Source: Vulcanimicrobiota bacterium (lineage in GTDB: Bacteria; Vulcanimicrobiota; Vulcanimicrobiia; Vulcanimicrobiales; Vulcanimicrobiaceae). From it: 64,000 bases of DNA. The position numbers and the translations under genes were made by a program. The DNA lies in the NCBI GenBank assembly GCA_019240525.1, contig JAFAYE010000001.1, positions 33,300-97,299 of the forward strand. Direction: 5' to 3'. Positions 58,113 through 64,000 of this stretch are shown here, piece after piece. Below the pieces are notes generated by a model, which searched no databases, was not told the DNA's origin, and saw only the letters and a list, made by a program, of their open reading frames with translations. Position 1 is the first letter of the stretch. Each line of letters starts with the position of its first letter.

Positions 58113-59410
58113 CGCGGGTCGAGCGCGGGCTCGATCGTTCCGCGCGCCAAACCGAAGCCGATTCGGCGTGCCCCGGCCTTGTCGCACCAACCGCGCAAGG
58201 CAACCTCGTCACCGTCTTGCAGAAAGCCGCGATTTTCGCGATCAGGTAGCTCTAGCGGACGTTCGCCGTTCCACGTCAGCTCGATGAGGCTGCCTTGCGT
58301 TCCCGGCGCGGAGCCGCTGATGGTTCCCGATGCGAACAAGTCGCCGGGGCGCACCAGCGCGCCGTTCGCGGTTGCATGCGCAAGCTGCTGGGCGACGTTC
58401 CAGTACATATTGGCAAAATTCGTCGCCGAAATCTCTCGAGCCGGGATGCCGCGCTCGCGCATTTTCGAGGTTTGTAAATCGACGGCGAGCCGAACGTCGT
58501 ACGCCCAAGGATCTTCGACGCGCAGATATGCAAGCGGTGCGGGCGCCTGCGGTGGCCCTTCGACCCGAAAGGGTTCGAGCGCATCGAGAGTGACGACCCA
58601 TGGGGAGATTGTGGTCGCGAATGATTTACCTAGAAACGGCCCCAGCGGTTGATACTCCCAGGCTTGGATGTCGCGCGCGCTCCAATCGTTGACGAGAACC
58701 AATCCGAAAATATGGTCGCGCGCGCTGTTTACCGAAATCGGCTCACCGAACCGATTGCCCGGACCGGCGACAAAGCCCATTTCGAGCTCGATATCGAGCC
58801 GGCGCGTGGGTCCAAAGTCAGGCGCGGCGAGGTCGGGCGCCTTTCGCTGTCCCGACGGGCGGCGCACCGGCGTGCCGTCGATGACGATGCTGGCGGAACG
58901 ACCGTGATAGCCGACCGGAAGCCATCGCCAGTTCGGGAGCAGCGCTTCCGCATTCGGTCGGAAGAGTCGTCCGAGATTCGTCGCGTGTTCGAGCGATGAA
59001 TAGAAATCGACGTAATCGCCGATCTCCATTGGAACCCGCATTTCGACGGTTGCCGCAGCGACGAGAAAGTTGTCGGCGCCCGAGTCACGCAGACGCGGAT
59101 CGCCGTCGACCCGCAATAACAACGAAAGCCGCTCGCGCAGCGGAGTCCACACGGAACGCCCCGCGGCGAGCAACGGATTGAGCAGCGGCGCCTGCAAGAG
59201 CTCGCGTTCGCAACAACCGTCCACCATGCCGCTCTCGGCCAACGTACGGCAGTCGAGAATGAGGTCGCCGATCGCTACACCGATCCGGGCTTCTCGTCCC
59301 GCAGGCTTAAACACGCCAAATGGAAGATTTTGAACCGGGAAATCACTCGCTGGTTCGACGCGTATCCACGACTCGAGCCGCGCATTAACGGTATCGCTCG
59401 GCGAAATCAT
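58109..59410 (-). CDS. fahA: Fumarylacetoacetase
   Basis: The internal ATG at 59410 gives a 433-aa product. N-terminal SWIRVEPASDFPVQNLPFGVF. FAH C-terminal domain (GDLFASGTISG...GSLIELTWNG). The upstream extension of the track ORF is Arg-rich and overlaps the preceding gene. Confidence 0.92.
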   Translation of the reverse strand: MISPSDTVNARLESWIRVEPASDFPVQNLPFGVFKPAGREARIGVAIGDLILDCRTLAESGMVDGCCERELLQAPLLNPLLAAGRSVWTPLRERLSLLLRVDGDPRLRDSGADNFLVAAATVEMRVPMEIGDYVDFYSSLEHATNLGRLFRPNAEALLPNWRWLPVGYHGRSASIVIDGTPVRRPSGQRKAPDLAAPDFGPTRRLDIELEMGFVAGPGNRFGEPISVNSARDHIFGLVLVNDWSARDIQAWEYQPLGPFLGKSFATTISPWVVTLDALEPFRVEGPPQAPAPLAYLRVEDPWAYDVRLAVDLQTSKMRERGIPAREISATNFANMYWNVAQQLAHATANGALVRPGDLFASGTISGSAPGTQGSLIELTWNGERPLELPDRENRGFLQDGDEVALRGWCDKAGARRIGFGLARGTIEPALDPR

Positions 59411-60324
59411 TGCGCTTTGAGCATGTCGAGCGCGATGAGATCTTCCACCGGTTCGGCGAAGCTGCAACTCCCGTACGCCGCGAACGCTTCGTTTCGCATA
59501 CGCTGCAGCTCGGCTGCCGCCACGCGGCGGTCGCGCCATGATAATCCCGTCTCGTTGAAAGCAAATGCCTCGGGCCGCTCTTCACCAACAATCTCTCGAA
59601 GCGTCCGCAGCTCGACATGCGGCGCGAGCGCGGTTGCCGCGATCAGATTCAAGAACCCATGCATCGTAAAGCCCGTAGCGAGGTCGATGTGGCGTACGGG
59701 GTGGTGCAGACCGGCCGTCGCCTTGAATGGCAGTCCGGCATCGCGAGCCGCGGCGATAAACCCGGCAACCTCCCCGACGCTCGGAAACGCCTGAGGCGTC
59801 AGGCCGCCGCAACGAATCTTACCGGCGAGGCCGAACCGCGCGAGCGCGTTCATCGTTTCGGCCAACACCGTGGACCATGGCGCGGTGCGCGGAACTTCCA
59901 CGAACGCCGGCAGATCTCGTAACTCGGTAACGACGAGGTCGGCCTCGATCGCTCCGACGACGTCGAGCACTTCATCGGCGGAGAGCTGTTCGCGATAAAC
60001 CGAAATACTTTTCTGCAGCGGGATTTCGAGCGCTTCGATTCGTGCACCGCGTTGCCGATGTTCCGCGACGTCTTCGAACGCCTCGGCATTGGGATCGACG
60101 ATCACCGAAAGCGGCGCATCGAACGGCCGCGTGAGAGCCCCGAGGAGCTGCGCTGGGATGATGAAGCGTCCGAGCATCCAGGCGTAAGAGCCTTGACGTG
60201 CGGCACGATACTCGTCTTGCGCCTGCGCCAGCGGCAATTCGGCCGGCGGGAAGAGGCCCGCGTAGTCGACGAGCGCCGCGAATGCCGCTCGCAGCGAAGG
60301 AGTCATGGGCGTCGACGTGGTCAT
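59407..60324 (-). CDS. Uncharacterised protein (305 aa), translationally coupled to fahA
   Basis: I prefer the ATG at 60324 (MTTSTPMTPSLRAAF...). Its TGA overlaps the fahA ATG (ATGA at 59407-59410). Motifs KIRCGGLTPQAFPS and FKATAGLHHPVRH. I can name no family. Confidence 0.6.
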   Translation of the reverse strand: MTTSTPMTPSLRAAFAALVDYAGLFPPAELPLAQAQDEYRAARQGSYAWMLGRFIIPAQLLGALTRPFDAPLSVIVDPNAEAFEDVAEHRQRGARIEALEIPLQKSISVYREQLSADEVLDVVGAIEADLVVTELRDLPAFVEVPRTAPWSTVLAETMNALARFGLAGKIRCGGLTPQAFPSVGEVAGFIAAARDAGLPFKATAGLHHPVRHIDLATGFTMHGFLNLIAATALAPHVELRTLREIVGEERPEAFAFNETGLSWRDRRVAAAELQRMRNEAFAAYGSCSFAEPVEDLIALDMLKAQ

Positions 60325-60376
60325 CGCCAGGTGGCTTCGACAGGGCGGGCCGTGAGGCTTCGCCAAGTCGACGCGC
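60325..60376. promoter_or_regulatory. 52-bp divergent control region between the unknown/fahA operon and hppD, with a direct repeat
   Basis: GGCTTCGACA (60333-60342) and GGCTTCGCCA (60356-60365) are 23 nt apart. GTCGAC hexamers flank the region at 60311-60316 and 60368-73. There is no obvious SD before the hppD ATG. Confidence 0.3.
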
Positions 60377-61492
60377 ATGAGCATCGCCACCGAGGCGCGC
60401 AGCAATCCCTTGGCCCAGATCGACTGGGACTACGTCGAATTTTACGTCGGGAACGCGAAACAAGCGGCGCATTACTACATGTCTGCCTTTGGATTCGACC
60501 AGCTCGCTTACGCCGGGCCGGAGACCGGAGTCCGCGACCGTGCAAGCTATCTGCTCGAGCAGAACAAGCTGCGCTTCGTGCTCACGTCGAGCCTCGTTCC
60601 CGACGACGAAATCGCTCGTCACGTTATGCTCCACGGCGACGGAGTCAAGGACATCGCGATCCTCGTGGAAGATGCCCGAGCCGCCTTCGATATGGCGGTG
60701 CGCGGCGGCGCGCGCGTCGTCCTTGCTCCGACCTCGATCGAAGACGCAGACGGACGATTGATTAAAGCAACGATTGCCACGTACGGCGAAACCGTGCACT
60801 CCTTCATTCAGCGTGATGGTTACCGCGGCATCTTCGCGCCCGGTTTCGTCCAAACGCGTAAACGGCTCGCGCACGCGACCAAACCGGGCTTGCAGTTCAT
60901 CGACCACTGCGTCGGCAACGTGGGATGGGGCGAGATGGATGCCTGGGGCGATTTCTACGGCCGCGTCTTCGGATTTTCGCAGTTGGTATCGTTCGACGAC
61001 AAGGACATCTCGACCGAATACACCGCCCTGCGTTCCAAGGTGATGACCGACCCCCGCCATCGCGTCAAGTTTCCCATCAACGAGCCGGCCCAGGGAAAGA
61101 AAAAATCGCAGATCGAGGAGTACCTGGAGTTTTATCGGGGCGCCGGAATGCAGCACATGGCGATCCGCACCGACGACATCGCCGCTACGATCCGCGCGCT
61201 CAAAACAAATGGCGTCGAGTTTCTCGACACCCCCGACACCTATTACGATATGCTCGAGGAGCGCGTAGGGAAGATCGACGAGGCGATGGAGACATTGCGC
61301 GAACTGCGGATCCTCGTGGATCGTGACGATTTGGGATACATGTTGCAGATCTTTACTAAGCCGCTGCAAGATCGACCGACGGTCTTCTTCGAGATCATTC
61401 AGCGGAAAGGCAGTCTGTCGTTCGGTAAGGGGAACTTCAAGGCGCTGTTCGTTTCGATCGAGCGCGAGCAAGAAAGGCGAGGCACGCTGTAG
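60377..61492 (+). CDS. hppD: 4-hydroxyphenylpyruvate dioxygenase
   Basis: Carries IDWDYVEFYVGNAKQAAHYY, FIDHCVGNV, GMQHMAIRTDDI and the C-terminal FFEIIQRKGSLSFGKGNFKALFVSIEREQERRGTL. Confidence 0.95.
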   Translation: MSIATEARSNPLAQIDWDYVEFYVGNAKQAAHYYMSAFGFDQLAYAGPETGVRDRASYLLEQNKLRFVLTSSLVPDDEIARHVMLHGDGVKDIAILVEDARAAFDMAVRGGARVVLAPTSIEDADGRLIKATIATYGETVHSFIQRDGYRGIFAPGFVQTRKRLAHATKPGLQFIDHCVGNVGWGEMDAWGDFYGRVFGFSQLVSFDDKDISTEYTALRSKVMTDPRHRVKFPINEPAQGKKKSQIEEYLEFYRGAGMQHMAIRTDDIAATIRALKTNGVEFLDTPDTYYDMLEERVGKIDEAMETLRELRILVDRDDLGYMLQIFTKPLQDRPTVFFEIIQRKGSLSFGKGNFKALFVSIEREQERRGTL

Positions 61493-61506
61493 TTACCGGA
61501 ACCGCG

Positions 61507-62751
61507 ATCGACCGCGTTCATCTGCTCGAGTGGTACCGAGGCAACCGGCGCAAAACGGCGGACCTTTTCGCGCTCGTTTCCGAAGAGGCGTTCACCGAGC
61601 GCCCCATACCGCTGCGCCATCCATTCGTCTTCTACGCGGGTCACATTCCGGCGTTCAGTTTCCTGACGCTCAATGAGCGCGGCTTAGGCGAAGAGCCAGT
61701 CGAGCCCGGCCTCGAGCGCTTGTTCGAGCGCGGCATCGATCCTGCGGACGTCGACCAAGCGCGGCGTCACGATCGGACCGACTGGCCGGATGCCGCGACG
61801 ATCGCGAGCTTCGCCGCTGCCTGCGACGAGCGCGTTCTGCGCGCGCTCGAGTCTTCTCGGATCGACGATTCAAGTGTACCCCGCTTGCTCGGCGGGGAGG
61901 CGGCGTACACGATTCTCGAACACGAAAATATGCATCAGGAAACGCTGATGTACATCCTGCATCAACTCGCCTACCCACGAAAGCGGCGGCTTGCATTCGA
62001 GCATGAAGACCATGCACTCGCAGCGACGGAGATGCGCAGCATCCCCGCAGGCACTGCAACGCTCGGCGCCGATCCCGACGAAATTCCGTTTGCCTGGGAT
62101 AACGAGCGCGGGCGCACGCAGGTTGACGTCGGCGCCTTCGACATTGCGGCGTATCCCGTGACCAACGGTGATTGGCAGCGGTTCGTAGCCGACGGGGGCC
62201 CGGTGCCGCACTTTTGGCACGAGCGCGACGGCCAATGGCGTCTGCGGTTACAGTTCGAAGAAATTCCCCTGCCGCGATCGTGGCCGGTCTACGTAACCCA
62301 TCGTCAGGCGGAAGCCTACGCGCGTTGGGCACGAATGCGGCTGCCCACCGAGCCGGAGTACCATCGGGCGGCGTTTGGAACGGCGGCCGGCGCGGAGCGG
62401 CCATTTCCCTGGGGCGGCGATCAGCCGTCGTCGCGTCACGGGAACTTCGATTTCAACCGTTTCGATCCCGAGCCGGTCGACGCGCACCCGGACGGCAGCA
62501 GTGCCTGGGGGGTCGCCGATCTCGTCGGCAACGGCTGGGAGTGGACCGCCACGCCGTTTGCTCCGCTGCTCGGCTTCGAGCCGATGGCTTCGTACCCGCA
62601 ATATTCGGCCGATTTCTTCGATGGCAAACACTTCGTGCTCAAAGGCGCGTCGCCGGTTACTCCTCGCGAGCTGATTCGTCGCTCGCTCCGTAACTGGTTC
62701 TACGACGACTATCCGTACATGTACGCCAAATTCCGCTGCGTAGCTGCGTAG
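61507..62751 (+). CDS. DinB-like plus FGE-sulfatase-domain non-haem iron enzyme (EgtB / sulfoxide-synthase-like); true start unresolved
   Basis: The frame is open from 61429. The conserved DinB-type helix ...RHPFVFYAGHIPAF (61615-61656) lies upstream of the first ATG, GTG or TTG (a TTG at 61720). The H-x3-H-x-E motif is HENMHQE. The C-terminal FGE domain reads WEWTATPF...FVLKGASPVT...NWFYDDYPYMYAKFRCV. The coordinate 61507 (ATC) is only a placeholder. Confidence 0.7.
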   Translation: MDRVHLLEWYRGNRRKTADLFALVSEEAFTERPIPLRHPFVFYAGHIPAFSFLTLNERGLGEEPVEPGLERLFERGIDPADVDQARRHDRTDWPDAATIASFAAACDERVLRALESSRIDDSSVPRLLGGEAAYTILEHENMHQETLMYILHQLAYPRKRRLAFEHEDHALAATEMRSIPAGTATLGADPDEIPFAWDNERGRTQVDVGAFDIAAYPVTNGDWQRFVADGGPVPHFWHERDGQWRLRLQFEEIPLPRSWPVYVTHRQAEAYARWARMRLPTEPEYHRAAFGTAAGAERPFPWGGDQPSSRHGNFDFNRFDPEPVDAHPDGSSAWGVADLVGNGWEWTATPFAPLLGFEPMASYPQYSADFFDGKHFVLKGASPVTPRELIRRSLRNWFYDDYPYMYAKFRCVAA

Positions 62752-62774
62752 CAACTTCATAGAATAGGAAATCA

Positions 62775-64000
62775 ATGCAAACGACGCCCGTGACGGTCGC
62801 CTACGGCGACGGCATCGGACCCGAAATAATGAACGCCACGCTCAACATTTTGGAGGCCGCGGGGGCGCAGCTCGCGCTCGAACGGATCGAGATCGGCGAA
62901 TCCATTTACAACAAAGGTATCAGCAACGGCATCGAGCCGGCCTCATGGGAATCGCTTCGGCGAACGAAGGTTTTCTTGAAGGCGCCGATTACGACGCCCC
63001 AAGGGGGCGGTTTCAAAAGCCTGAACGTGACGGTGCGCAAGACGCTCGGAATGTACGCCAACGTGCGGCCCTGCGCGTCGCTTCATCCGTATGTCGCCAC
63101 CAAGCACCCCAACATGGACGTCGTCATCGTTCGTGAGAACGAGGAGGACGTCTATGGCGGCATCGAGCACCGCCAGACCAATCAAGTCGCACAATGTCTC
63201 AAGCTGATTTCGCGGCCCGGCAGCAAGCGCATCATCCGGTACGCGTTCGAATACGCGCGCGCCAACAAGCGAAAAAAAGTTACCTGCTTCACCAAAGACA
63301 ACATCATGAAGATTACCGACGGGCTTTTTCACCGAACCTTCAACGAAATATCCGGCGAGTATCCTGAGATCGAAAGCGAGCATTGGATCGTGGACATCGG
63401 CGCTGCGAAAATGGCCGACACCCCGGAGGCTTTCGACGTGATGGTGATGCCGAATCTCTACGGCGACGTGCTCTCCGACGTCGCCGCGCAGATCACGGGA
63501 TCGGTGGGCCTGGCGGGCTCGGCCAATATCGGCGATCACTGCTCGATGTTCGAAGCGATCCACGGATCGGCGCCCCGGCGCGCGGGACAGAACCTGGCGA
63601 ACCCATCGGGGTTGCTGCATGGCGCCATCTTGATGCTCGTGCACATCGGGCAGGCCGACACTGCGGAACGGGTGTACAACGCATGGCTACGGACGATCGA
63701 GGATGGAATCCACACCTATGACATTTTCAAGGATGGAACCTCGCGGCAAAAGGTAGGCACGCGGGAGTTTGCCGATGCGGTGATCGAGCGGCTCGGTGAG
63801 AAGCCGCAGCATCTGAAAGTCATCGAATACAACAAAGATGCGCAGATGAACCTAGCGATTCGGCCTGCCGGGAAACCTCCGATGAAGCTGCGCGCCGGGG
63901 TCGACCTTTTCATCGACCGTCGTGATGGAAACCCGGACCAGATCGCCTCGGTGATGCAACAACTCAACGTGCCGGGCGTCAAACTGACCACGATCAGTAA
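62775..64000 (+). CDS. icd: Isocitrate dehydrogenase (NADP-type, long form with extra C-terminal domain); 3' end beyond the window
   Basis: Not in the ORF track because there is no stop inside the window. Translated by hand from the ATG at 62775: MQTTPVTVAYGDGIGPEIM...SLNVTVRKTLGMYANVRPC...VVIVRENEEDVYGGIEH...NLYGDVLSDVAAQITGSVGLAGSANIG...FEAIHGSAP. Confidence 0.9.
   Translation, partial: MQTTPVTVAYGDGIGPEIMNATLNILEAAGAQLALERIEIGESIYNKGISNGIEPASWESLRRTKVFLKAPITTPQGGGFKSLNVTVRKTLGMYANVRPCASLHPYVATKHPNMDVVIVRENEEDVYGGIEHRQTNQVAQCLKLISRPGSKRIIRYAFEYARANKRKKVTCFTKDNIMKITDGLFHRTFNEISGEYPEIESEHWIVDIGAAKMADTPEAFDVMVMPNLYGDVLSDVAAQITGSVGLAGSANIGDHCSMFEAIHGSAPRRAGQNLANPSGLLHGAILMLVHIGQADTAERVYNAWLRTIEDGIHTYDIFKDGTSRQKVGTREFADAVIERLGEKPQHLKVIEYNKDAQMNLAIRPAGKPPMKLRAGVDLFIDRRDGNPDQIASVMQQLNVPGVKLTTIS

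Noticed and set aside
61429-61492. A programmed -1 frameshift fusing HppD to the downstream DinB/FGE protein. The frame-1 ORF is open across the hppD stop.
   Set aside because: No X_XXY_YYZ slippery heptamer lies in 61429-61490. HppD ends with its normal conserved C-terminus (...EREQERRGTL). A non-canonical start or a base-call error is more parsimonious.

Overview
This is a high-GC bacterial chromosomal window that is almost entirely coding. I call about 68 protein genes, 7 tRNAs and one probable SRP RNA.

**Content.** The genes are mostly core housekeeping:
- central metabolism: mdh, a 5'-partial icd, glmS, panE, pdxH
- pyrimidine synthesis: pyrR-pyrB-pyrC-carA ... carB
- proteostasis and translation: tig-clpP-clpX, valS, lepA, an rqcH-like gene, rph, rdgB, queA
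- recombination: ruvCAB and a Xer-type recombinase
- envelope: pbpA-pknB, a SpoIID-like protein, mlaEFD, a 1172-aa TonB-dependent-type outer-membrane protein and a GH114 lipoprotein
- a MoxR/DUF58/VWA (Bat-like) module
- a tyrosine/homogentisate catabolic cluster: hppD, hmgA, fahA

**Not found.** I see no transposase, phage gene, CRISPR array or recognisable defence or toxin-antitoxin system. I do not see a self-evident novel multi-gene system.

**Organisation.** Everything from 49424 down to 22814 is on the minus strand. Many cistrons are joined by 4-nt GTGA or ATGA overlaps.

**Lineage.** The gene content (long MlaD with a barrel-like C-terminus, TonB-dependent-type outer-membrane protein, five-PASTA kinase, SpoIID, DUF4446/YggT) suggests a diderm lineage outside the Proteobacteria. 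The taxon cannot be assigned from this sequence alone.

**Best leads for undescribed biology:**
1. An uncharacterised 305-aa gene is translationally coupled to fahA in a homogentisate cluster that lacks a maleylacetoacetate isomerase. Beside it are a CDGSH protein coupled to hmgA and a DinB/FGE (EgtB-like) gene whose conserved N-terminus precedes any canonical start codon.
2. An uncharacterised cytoplasmic protein is coupled to pbpA-pknB.
3. A minimal mlaEFD operon has a 520-aa long-form MlaD and an unknown coupled upstream ORF.
4. carA and carB are separated by an inserted Bat/MoxR module plus pdxH.
5. An unlisted 38-codon membrane ORF has a strong Shine-Dalgarno (SD) site.

All family assignments come from reading motifs by eye. 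No database search was run.
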